In this document: positions 9,911-17,386 of the stretch, piece by piece
Position numbering within the stretch: position 1 is the first letter of the stretch
How the letters are laid out: each line of letters starts with the position of its first letter
Source: Deltaproteobacteria bacterium
Lineage (GTDB): Bacteria; Desulfobacterota; Desulfuromonadia; Geobacterales; Pseudopelobacteraceae
Assembly (NCBI GenBank): GCA_021778115.1
Contig: JAJYCS010000003.1
Span: forward strand, 13,156 to 77,155
Direction of reading: 5' to 3'
Length of the DNA: 64,000 nt
The notes under the pieces: generated by a model
The model's database searches: none
What the model was told of the DNA's origin: nothing
The model's input: only the letters and a program-made list of their open reading frames with translations
Translations under genes and position numbers: made by a program

Positions 9911-11614
9911 ATGCCCCTACCCCTTCCCCCCCTGCGACGCCTTACCACTCCGCTGCAGCTCCTCCTGCTGCTGGCGGTCATCACCACGGTCTTTGCCCCC
10001 CTCTTCCGGGCCGAGCCCTGCCTGCTGGATGACCTGAGCCTGGTGCGGACCTGGCTGGCAGCCCCCCACAGCGGACTGCCGGACCTCTTCCCCGGCAACG
10101 GCATCACCTACTACCGCCCCCTGATCTGGGCCGGCTACTGGCTGGACGGCGCCCTCTGGCAACTGAACCCCCGGATCATGCATGCTGAGAACCTGCTGCT
10201 GCACCTGCTGAACTGCCTGCTGCTCTTCGCCCTGCTCCGCCGCCTGCTCACCCCCCCCGGCTGGTGGCCCCTCGTGGGGGCCCTCCTGTTCGGGCTGCAC
10301 CCGATCGTCACCGAATCGGTCTGCTGGATCTCGGGCCGCACCGACCTGCTGGCCGCCACCGGCCTGCTGGCTGCCCTCTGGTGCCTCCTGCAGGGGCAGG
10401 CGACCGGGCACCGCCGCTGGTTCCTCCTGGCCCTGCCGGCGCTGCTCGCGGCCGGACTGGCCAAGGAGGTGGCCTGGGGTGCCCTGCTCGGATTGCCGCT
10501 ACTCCTCACCCCCCGCACCGCCCCGTTGCCGCCTCATCAGACCACCTCCCGCCATTACTATGCCGTGGGATGCTGCCTGGCCGGTGCCTTCCTCCTGGCC
10601 TCCCTCACCGCCTCATTCTGGCCGGTGCTGGCCCTGGCCCTGGTAAGCTGGGGGATCTGGCACCACCGCTACGCCGCCCCCGACCGGAGCCTGCGGCGCT
10701 CTGCACTCCTGACCCTGCTGCTGGCCGGCAGCCTCCTGGCCCTGCTGTTGATCGGCCTGGCGTTCTGCAGGCGGCTGGCCCTGCAGAACCCGTTCAGCCC
10801 GGTGGGGCAGACCCTGCTGGCCATGGTGACCCACCCGGACCACGCCCTGCAGGTGACCGCCAGCGCCGCCGCCTTTTACCTGAAGAAGTACCTCCTGCCG
10901 CTCCCCCTGGCCCTGGCCATCACCGCCATTGACGGCCGCTACGTCTTCGGTGGCATCCTGGCGCTGTTCCTCATGGCCTGGCTGGCGGCCCGGCGCACCC
11001 AGGCAACGGCCCTGGCCTTCACCGGCATCTGCCTCCTGCTGCCGGTGCTGCCGCTGGCCTTCGGCACCATCGCCTGGACCCCCTACGCCGAACGCTACCT
11101 CTACCTGCCGGCGGCCTTCTTCACCCTGGCCCTGGTGCAAGGCTGCGCCACCCTGCCCCACCCCCGGCTGCGCACCGCCCTGCTGTGCGCCCTTGCGACG
11201 CTCCTCCCCCTGGCCGCCTGGATCAGCCACCAGCGCGCCCTGGTCTGGCAGCGCAACCTGACCCTCTTTGCCGACACCGTGGCCAAGGCCCCCAACCATC
11301 TGGAATCCCGCAACGGGTATCTGATCGCCCTGGCCCAGGCGGGGCGGCTTGACCAGGCCAAGGGGCAGTTTGAGGCGATCCAACGGCTGGTGAAGGGGCC
11401 GGATGAGATGAAGTACGCCTATAACCTGGTCTACTTCACCTACCACGCCGGCCAGAAACGGGAGGCCTACGATCTGCTGACCGCCATCGTCCACAAGTGG
11501 CGGATCATCCCCGAGCGGATGCCGCAATCCTTCTACAGTACTGAGTGGCGCAAGCTTTACGAACTGCAGCAGCAGTTGGGGCGGGAGGTGGGGCAACCTC
11601 CGGAAAAACCGTAG
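9911..11614 (+). CDS. TMTC-like GT-C integral membrane glycosyltransferase with C-terminal TPR
   Basis: LLDD acidic motif, YYRPL, HxxNLLLH, LFGLHPIVTESVCWISGR, AERYLYLP; multiple TMs; C-terminal TPR-like region. Confidence 0.8.
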   Translation: MPLPLPPLRRLTTPLQLLLLLAVITTVFAPLFRAEPCLLDDLSLVRTWLAAPHSGLPDLFPGNGITYYRPLIWAGYWLDGALWQLNPRIMHAENLLLHLLNCLLLFALLRRLLTPPGWWPLVGALLFGLHPIVTESVCWISGRTDLLAATGLLAALWCLLQGQATGHRRWFLLALPALLAAGLAKEVAWGALLGLPLLLTPRTAPLPPHQTTSRHYYAVGCCLAGAFLLASLTASFWPVLALALVSWGIWHHRYAAPDRSLRRSALLTLLLAGSLLALLLIGLAFCRRLALQNPFSPVGQTLLAMVTHPDHALQVTASAAAFYLKKYLLPLPLALAITAIDGRYVFGGILALFLMAWLAARRTQATALAFTGICLLLPVLPLAFGTIAWTPYAERYLYLPAAFFTLALVQGCATLPHPRLRTALLCALATLLPLAAWISHQRALVWQRNLTLFADTVAKAPNHLESRNGYLIALAQAGRLDQAKGQFEAIQRLVKGPDEMKYAYNLVYFTYHAGQKREAYDLLTAIVHKWRIIPERMPQSFYSTEWRKLYELQQQLGREVGQPPEKP

Positions 11615-11693
11615 CCAGCCCCATCTTCACCCTTTCTTCTGGCCGGATTCGTGCTATACAATCATCGGAAACGACCGTTGGTGGAGGAGTCCC

Positions 11694-12677
11694 ATGAAAG
11701 CTGCCAAAGGGTTTACCCTGGTTGAACTGGCCATCTCCCTGGTGGTGATCGGGCTATTGATCGGCCTCGGGGTCACCCTGGTGGGCCCCCTGGCAACCGC
11801 CACCAAGGTGCGGGAGAGCAAGGAGAACCTTGACGGGGCCGTTGAGTCCCTGAACAGCTGGGCAGCGGGGAACAACTCACTCCCAAATGGGGCAGGGTTC
11901 CCCGCAGTGGTGAAGAGCCCCCAGGATGCGTGGGGGCACAATTTCGTCTATCTGTATGACGCCACCCTCTTCAGCGCAACCCCCAGTAACGACACCCTCT
12001 GCGGCCGCAAGACCACCTCCCTGACCCTCCAGACCACCAACCCCCCGGCCACCATCGCCAATGTGGCCTATGTCATGCTGAGCCCCGGTGACGACAGCAC
12101 CATACAGACCACCCTCGCCACCACGGCGACGGTGCCGGCCATCCCCCCCACCCTGAACGGGACCCCCGTGACCTCGGGGAGCGCCATCCCCCTGAACACC
12201 CTCGCCTCGGCAACCGGTACCGTTGTCCTTGACACGAACAACAGCGACATCGTCCGTTGGGTGACCCTGGATGAACTGCGCACCAAGGTGGGGTGTGAAG
12301 GGGCGCAGATGCGGATCGTGAATAACGAGCTCCCCTATGGCTACGTGAGCAGCAAATACGTGGCCAAGCTGCTGCTAAACGGCGGGGTCACCGATTACAA
12401 ATGGTGCGTAAGCGGCCTCCCCCCGGGGCTTGTGGCCGTTGCCCTGCCCGGTGGCGCCACCATGGGGAGCTGCACGGTCCCCGCGAACTGCGCCGGCCTC
12501 ACCTCAGACAGCAACTGGGTGACGGCAACCCCGCCGGTCTTCCTCAACATCTCCGGCATCCCCACCGCCCAGGGGAGCTACCAGATCAACCTGATGGCCC
12601 ACGACAGCCAGGGGAGCTCACTATCCCAGAACAACTGCAGCAGCAAGACCTTCGCCCTCACCATCAACCCGCAATAG
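11694..12677 (+). CDS. Minor pilin with C-terminal putative Ig (He_PIG-like) domain
   Basis: KG|FTLVELAISLVVIG class III signal; DAWG motif; NNELP...GG...YKW...GLPPGL Ig-like segment. Confidence 0.8.
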   Translation: MKAAKGFTLVELAISLVVIGLLIGLGVTLVGPLATATKVRESKENLDGAVESLNSWAAGNNSLPNGAGFPAVVKSPQDAWGHNFVYLYDATLFSATPSNDTLCGRKTTSLTLQTTNPPATIANVAYVMLSPGDDSTIQTTLATTATVPAIPPTLNGTPVTSGSAIPLNTLASATGTVVLDTNNSDIVRWVTLDELRTKVGCEGAQMRIVNNELPYGYVSSKYVAKLLLNGGVTDYKWCVSGLPPGLVAVALPGGATMGSCTVPANCAGLTSDSNWVTATPPVFLNISGIPTAQGSYQINLMAHDSQGSSLSQNNCSSKTFALTINPQ

Positions 12678-12685
12678 CCCGTCTT

Positions 12686-12720
12686 CTTTGCGCCTTTGCG
12701 CCTCTCTTTTCGTCTTTGCG
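12686..12720 (+). repeat. Short CTTTGCG repeat cluster at the left edge of the TA island
   Basis: CTTTGCG at 12686, 12694 and 12714, plus the variant CTTTTCG at 12706. Confidence 0.5.
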
Positions 12721-12743
12721 TTAAAAAGCCTCTTAAAACCCCA

Positions 12744-12787
12744 TTGACACCCATGCTTCTACAGCATAAAGTAGTGTTTAACACTAC
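12744..12787 (+). promoter_or_regulatory. Sigma70 promoter and palindromic operator of the phd-vapC pair
   Basis: TTGACA (12744) -17 bp- TAAAGT (12767); perfect 8-1-8 palindrome GTAGTGTT-T-AACACTAC at 12771-12787; ATGCT-N5-AGCAT at 12753-12767. Confidence 0.75.
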
Positions 12788-12799
12788 CAAGGAGCAAGT

Positions 12800-13036
12800 A
12801 TGCAAACGCTACGCGCCACAGACGCAAACCGTCAATTATCCAGTGTATTAAGACAGGTATCCAAGGGCGAAGAATTTCTTGTTATTTCAAGAGGTAAGCC
12901 GGTAGCGACCATCCTCCCGGTTAAACAGGCTGATACCTCTCATCGAGCTTCACGCGAGTTGCTGCTTAAACGTCTGTCCAGCCAGGAAGTAACCGGAACC
13001 CGCTCATGGACGCGCGATGAGCTGTACAGATCATGA
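12800..13036 (+). CDS. Phd/YefM-family antitoxin
   Basis: 78 aa; ANRQLSSVLRQV..GEEFLVISRGKPVATI; 4-nt overlap with a PIN toxin. Confidence 0.88.
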   Translation: MQTLRATDANRQLSSVLRQVSKGEEFLVISRGKPVATILPVKQADTSHRASRELLLKRLSSQEVTGTRSWTRDELYRS

Positions 13037-13476
13037 GGATTGCCATTGACACCAATGTGCTTGCGTACGCAGAAGGGATCGGTGATAGCGCACGGCGGGA
13101 CACCAGCCTTTTACTGCTGGAGCGTTTGTCGGCAGACGACGTGATACTCCCGGCACAGGTAATGGGAGAACTGTTCCGTGTGTTGACCGGCAAGGGGAAC
13201 TGTACACCTGATATGGCCCGTGCCCGTGTGATGCAGTGGAGCGATAGCTTTGAGGTAGCCAATTCTACGTGGTCAGCCTTTCAGTCCGGTTTTGATTTGA
13301 CGGTTGACCACAACCTCCAGATATGGGATGCGCTGATTCTATCGGTTGCTGCTGAAAGTCGCTGCCGGATTCTGTTTTCTGAAGATATGCAGCATGGTTT
13401 TACCTGTCGCGGAGTAACGGTGGTAAACCCCTATAGCGATCCAATCCACCCGCTGCTTTTGCCACTGATGCGCTGA
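13033..13476 (+). CDS. vapC: PIN-domain (VapC-like) toxin
   Basis: IAIDTNVL, QVMGEL, IWDALI, LFSEDM acidic PIN residues intact. Confidence 0.9.
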   Translation: MRIAIDTNVLAYAEGIGDSARRDTSLLLLERLSADDVILPAQVMGELFRVLTGKGNCTPDMARARVMQWSDSFEVANSTWSAFQSGFDLTVDHNLQIWDALILSVAAESRCRILFSEDMQHGFTCRGVTVVNPYSDPIHPLLLPLMR

Positions 13477-13595
13477 AAAGAAAAAACAAGACCTCCTTTG
13501 CATCATCTAACCTGATGATATACAAGCGTGATCTGCTTTCTGAAGAGATGGTTAGGTAGTCGCCGCCATAGATCGCTTGTTACGGTGAATCCTCC

Positions 13596-13625
13596 TTGAC
13601 GCAACAGACGCAATGCGCATAACAT
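13596..13625 (+). promoter_or_regulatory. Putative sigma70 promoter of the second TA pair
   Basis: TTGACG (13596) -18 bp- TAACAT (13620); palindrome ATGCGCAT next to the -10; GGAGG RBS downstream. Confidence 0.5.
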
Positions 13626-13643
13626 ACACACAGGAGGCGTACC

Positions 13644-13898
13644 ATGTATAAATCACGACTTAACCTTACCGTTGACAGCGATCTGCTGGATTTTATCAAG
13701 GAGTATGCGGAAACCCAACGGACAACGGTTTCTGAGCTTTTTACCCAGTTTGCCCTGCGTTTAAAACGATCAAAAGAAAATGACCCAACCGAGACCATTC
13801 TGGCTGACCCTGATTTCACCGCCTCACTTATGGAGAGTATGGAGCGGGTACGAAGCGGCAGTATGGGTTGGAAAAGCTATGATGAGGTATTCAAGTGA
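13644..13898 (+). CDS. Ribbon-helix-helix antitoxin-like protein
   Basis: 84 aa; KSRLNLTVDSDLLDFIKEYA RHH-like start; C-terminal WKSYDEVF typical of RelB-type partners; overlaps the next gene by 4 nt. Confidence 0.65.
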   Translation: MYKSRLNLTVDSDLLDFIKEYAETQRTTVSELFTQFALRLKRSKENDPTETILADPDFTASLMESMERVRSGSMGWKSYDEVFK

Positions 13899-14206
13899 CG
13901 TTGCTTTTCAGTGATGACTTTATCACCTCATTGCATAAGCACGCAGCCATCAAGGAATCGGTGCGCAAAAAAGTGGATATGATCGCCGCCAACCCTGTTG
14001 CCTTGGGCGAACCGCTGCAAGGAAACTTCAGGGGTTATTACAGTTGTCCGGTCAAACGGAACTTTCTGATTATCTTTCTGTACTGCCGTTCGTGCAGAAA
14101 GCGCGGAAATGATGGCTTTGTAAGCTGTAGCGACTGCAGCACCCGCACTGACGAAACTATCAAGCTTGTCAGTCTTGGACCGCACGACAAGGCATATTGG
14201 GGATAG
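13895..14206 (+). CDS. RelE/YafQ-like toxin with a CxxC...CxxC insertion
   Basis: GTG start; GEPLQGNFRGYYSCPV..NFLIIF and C-terminal LGPHDKAY are RelE-like. Confidence 0.6.
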   Translation: MTLLFSDDFITSLHKHAAIKESVRKKVDMIAANPVALGEPLQGNFRGYYSCPVKRNFLIIFLYCRSCRKRGNDGFVSCSDCSTRTDETIKLVSLGPHDKAYWG

Positions 14207-14209
14207 GCC

Positions 14210-17080
14210 ATGCAACCTTGCTGTCAACGCGCCATACGCTGTTTTTCCCGTTCCCGCGCCGGCATGGCACTTTTGAACGTCATCCTGCTCCTGATCCTGA
14301 TCGGCGCCCTGGTGATCGCCGGCTACAAGATGGTAGGGCCCCTGGTGCAGCGGGGGAAGATCGACGACACCAAGACGATCATCAAGAGCGATGTGGATGC
14401 GATCATCAGTTGGAGTGTGGCCCGCTGCAGGATACCCGATACCGGCAGCTCAGCCACCCCCCCCACCGATTTTAATCACGTGGTGCAGAACCCCAATGAT
14501 GCCTGGGGGGGGCAGCTCTCCTATCTGTACGCCCCCGAGCTTGCCGGTAACACCTCCTGCGCCCAGATCTGCGGCCTGTCCACAACCCGTTTCTTCGTGA
14601 GCGGCGTCAGCGATTCAGTGGCGTTTGTCATCGCAAGCTCCCAATACTCCCCTGCCTTCCACAACCAGCTGCCGGTCGGCACCACCTTAAACGGTACGAC
14701 CCTCACCGCCACCACCCCGGTCAACGCCGCCGGCGGCAGTGTCGTCGGTACCCTCACGCAGCAGTTCACCGACCCGCCCGATATCCTGCGGGTGGTCACC
14801 CTGAACGAACTGAAGGCCCGCATCGGCTGCTCCGGGTACACCTGGGGGCAGCTACGGATACTCAACAATGAGCTGCCCAGCGTCTATACCGACAGCTATG
14901 CGGCATACGCCGGGACCTTGTTTGCCGAAGGAGGGGCCCCTGCCTACACCTGGCAGACGGCACCTGCCGTCACCCCCTCCAGCGGCCTGAGCATCGCCGT
15001 CAACCCTACCAGCGGGGCCATCACGATCACCGCCCCCCCCACCGCCGGGACCTACACCGTCACCATCACGGTTACCGATCAAAACGGCGCCACCGCCCAA
15101 CGGACCTACACCCTGAAGGTCTTGACCCACGGCTCCGGGAACCCGCCCGGTGGTGGTGGCAGCGGCGGCATCAACAACGATAACGGCGACGCCAGCACCG
15201 GCACCGTGGTCGGCACCGGGTTCGGTTCCAACTACGGGCGGATCGCCTTCGGCTACAACCAGGGCAATACCGGCGGCTGTTTCTGGTATCCCTACACCTT
15301 CCCCCTGCAGGGAAAGACCCTGCGCGCCTACTGGAACTTCTGCTATTCCAGCGTTGAAGACTATGCAAACAGCACCCACTACGGCGACGGTTATACCTTC
15401 ACCCTGATGCAGGGGAGCAACCCCACCAGCTACTGCGGCACCGGTACCGTCTGGGACCAGCAGATCAACCCTTTCTACGACTGCAGCACACCGGGGCATC
15501 TGGGTGAGTTTCTGAGCTACTGCGGCCTGCCGGGGCAGAGCAGCGCCTTTGAATTCGACATCTACCCCAACGGCTACCGTAACGACCCGGTCAGCAACTA
15601 CAACCATCTGGCCGTGGTGGGGGCCACTACCAGCCACACGATCGCCGCCTATCCGAACAGTCTGTACGGCGACAACACCCACGGCGTCGGCGGCAATCCC
15701 CCCTGTGACGGCCGGGACCCGGGCTGCCTGTTCGGCACCATGTACGGTCACAACTACCCGGTCAACTGGCTGGAGGAGAACAACACAGGCTGTCCGGTCC
15801 CCGACACCAACAGCGCCGATTACAGCACCCATAACGCCCGGGTGGAGATCCATACCCGCTGCAACAGCGACTGCAGCCAGTGCGACAGCAACAGCTGCAT
15901 GACCAATCCCTACACCCTGATCAAGGTCTGGATCGACCGGAGCTGGCTGGGGAGTTGCACCGGCACCTGCAACGGAACCGCCATTAACGGCGCGAAGTGC
16001 ACCGGTTCCTGCACCGGCACCTGCGATGGGAGCAGCATCACCAATGCCCAGTGCATCGCCCTCCCCTGGCGTGGACGCTGCACCGGCAGCTGTGACGGCG
16101 TCTCGGTGACCAACGCCACCTGCGCCGGTCTCTGCACCGGCACCTGCAACGGAACCGCCATCACCAACGGCACCTGTCTGGACAGGTCGTGGTATCTCCC
16201 CTGCACCGGCACCTGCGACGGGGTCCCGATCACCAATGCGGCGTGCCGTATCGGATCGACACCCGGCACCGGCAAATGCGACGGCACCTGCAACGGCGCC
16301 CCCATCAGCAATGCCGTCTGCAACAAGGCGATCTACATCAACCTGGGGGCCAATGAAGCCCTGGCCCCGGACATCACCCACTGCGTGCAGCTTCCGGGGC
16401 CGCTGAACCAGTACAAGGTGGGCTTCACCGAGGCAACCGGCGGCAGCACCCAGTACGGCTTTATCAGCAACTTCATGCTCAAGTCCTACGGCAACTGCCC
16501 CCAGGCCACCATTGCGCCCGCCACCCTGCCGGTGGGGACGGTGGGCAGCACCTACGCGGCCACCATGACCGCCAGCGGCGGCACCCCGCCCTATAGCAAC
16601 TGGCGCTGGAGCTCTTCCGCCATCCCCGGCATCGCGACAAGCGCCCTGCCACCGGGATTGACCATCAGCAACGCCGGGGTCATCAGCGGCAGACCAACCA
16701 CCAGCGGCCGCTACAACACCGTCCTTATATCGGTTGACGACGCCTGCACCGCGGACAACTGCACCAACACCGTGGCCGGAAGCTATACCCTGGATGTAGG
16801 CTGCAGCCGCTACCAGGTTGATAACGTCACCGGCAGCCGGTACGACTTCCGCGGCCCGACGGGTAACTGCGTCCGGGTTTGGGACGGCTCCACCATCACC
16901 AACAGCCTGGGCCCCGGCCAGACGATCAGCCGTTACAGCAGCACCAACGGGAGATGCACCGGTACGCCGCTGGGTACCATCGGCTACGCCGACGCGGTGA
17001 ACGCCGACCTGGGGGGGGCGCAGAACTATAACGACTGTACCGTAGGATATGGCCTGCCCGACGGGGCGGTGGACCAGTAG
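14210..17080 (+). CDS. Large pilin-anchored adhesin: pilin N-terminus, Ig-like domains, L-type lectin domain, Cys-rich repeats (MshQ-analogous)
   Basis: AG|MALLNVILLLILIG class III-like leader without E5; lectin motifs GDGYTF, AFEFDIY.N, NHL, LP...VGFTEATGG; He_PIG-like LPVG...Y...ASGGTPPY..W...LPPGLTI. Confidence 0.75.
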   Translation: MQPCCQRAIRCFSRSRAGMALLNVILLLILIGALVIAGYKMVGPLVQRGKIDDTKTIIKSDVDAIISWSVARCRIPDTGSSATPPTDFNHVVQNPNDAWGGQLSYLYAPELAGNTSCAQICGLSTTRFFVSGVSDSVAFVIASSQYSPAFHNQLPVGTTLNGTTLTATTPVNAAGGSVVGTLTQQFTDPPDILRVVTLNELKARIGCSGYTWGQLRILNNELPSVYTDSYAAYAGTLFAEGGAPAYTWQTAPAVTPSSGLSIAVNPTSGAITITAPPTAGTYTVTITVTDQNGATAQRTYTLKVLTHGSGNPPGGGGSGGINNDNGDASTGTVVGTGFGSNYGRIAFGYNQGNTGGCFWYPYTFPLQGKTLRAYWNFCYSSVEDYANSTHYGDGYTFTLMQGSNPTSYCGTGTVWDQQINPFYDCSTPGHLGEFLSYCGLPGQSSAFEFDIYPNGYRNDPVSNYNHLAVVGATTSHTIAAYPNSLYGDNTHGVGGNPPCDGRDPGCLFGTMYGHNYPVNWLEENNTGCPVPDTNSADYSTHNARVEIHTRCNSDCSQCDSNSCMTNPYTLIKVWIDRSWLGSCTGTCNGTAINGAKCTGSCTGTCDGSSITNAQCIALPWRGRCTGSCDGVSVTNATCAGLCTGTCNGTAITNGTCLDRSWYLPCTGTCDGVPITNAACRIGSTPGTGKCDGTCNGAPISNAVCNKAIYINLGANEALAPDITHCVQLPGPLNQYKVGFTEATGGSTQYGFISNFMLKSYGNCPQATIAPATLPVGTVGSTYAATMTASGGTPPYSNWRWSSSAIPGIATSALPPGLTISNAGVISGRPTTSGRYNTVLISVDDACTADNCTNTVAGSYTLDVGCSRYQVDNVTGSRYDFRGPTGNCVRVWDGSTITNSLGPGQTISRYSSTNGRCTGTPLGTIGYADAVNADLGGAQNYNDCTVGYGLPDGAVDQ
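15956..16323 (+). repeat. Intragenic array of six 15-aa Cys-rich units (CxGxC[ND]GxxIxNxxC)
   Basis: Six units, 18 Cys; exact 29-bp DNA repeat TGCACCGGCACCTGCAACGGAACCGCCAT at 15956 and 16133. Confidence 0.85.
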
Positions 17081-17195
17081 GAGAGGACCGGCGCATGAGG
17101 GGAGACGACGGCATGACACCGTCCCGGGGCATGCCGACCGGCACGGGATCGACAAACGCCCCGCCCCTGTGCGCCGTGCAGCCTGAGGGGCCGCC

Positions 17196-17378
17196 ATGAA
17201 CCGGATTCTCTGGAGTTTCCTGCTGCTGAACGGCCTCCTGCTGGTGGTCGCAGGGTATCACCTGCTTGCGGTGCCGCCGGAGGCTGGGTATGACGAGATG
17301 CTCCGCCGGGCCTGGGAGGGGATGTTTTCAGTGGCCGGCGGCGGGGGCCTACTGATGGTCTGGGTGGCGAAGCGGTGA
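17196..17378 (+). CDS. Small two-TM hypothetical protein
   Basis: 60 aa, two hydrophobic segments, GAGG upstream; fills the gap before the convergent gene. Confidence 0.5.
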   Translation: MNRILWSFLLLNGLLLVVAGYHLLAVPPEAGYDEMLRRAWEGMFSVAGGGGLLMVWVAKR

Positions 17379-17386
17379 TCCGTCCC

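Noticed and set aside
11640-11656. Possible sigma54 promoter TGGCCGGATTCGTGCT before the minor pilin
   Set aside because: GG-N10-GC spacing is right but the CAC core is missing, and a competing sigma70-like TACAAT is adjacent; too ambiguous
12686-14210. TA island as an IS, integron or prophage remnant
   Set aside because: No transposase, integrase, terminal inverted repeats, target duplication or attC-like sites could be identified by eye
15956-16323. Cys repeat array as CRISPR, heme motifs or a diversity-generating retroelement target
   Set aside because: The repeats are in-frame coding units without unique spacers, there is no CxxCH, and no reverse transcriptase or template repeat is in the window
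17095-17187. 30-codon ORF between the adhesin and the small membrane protein
   Set aside because: Too short and without recognisable features
14852-17197. 781-aa minus-strand ORF
   Set aside because: Antisense shadow of the adhesin gene; Ala/Val/Gly-rich with no motifs, as expected opposite a GC-rich CDS
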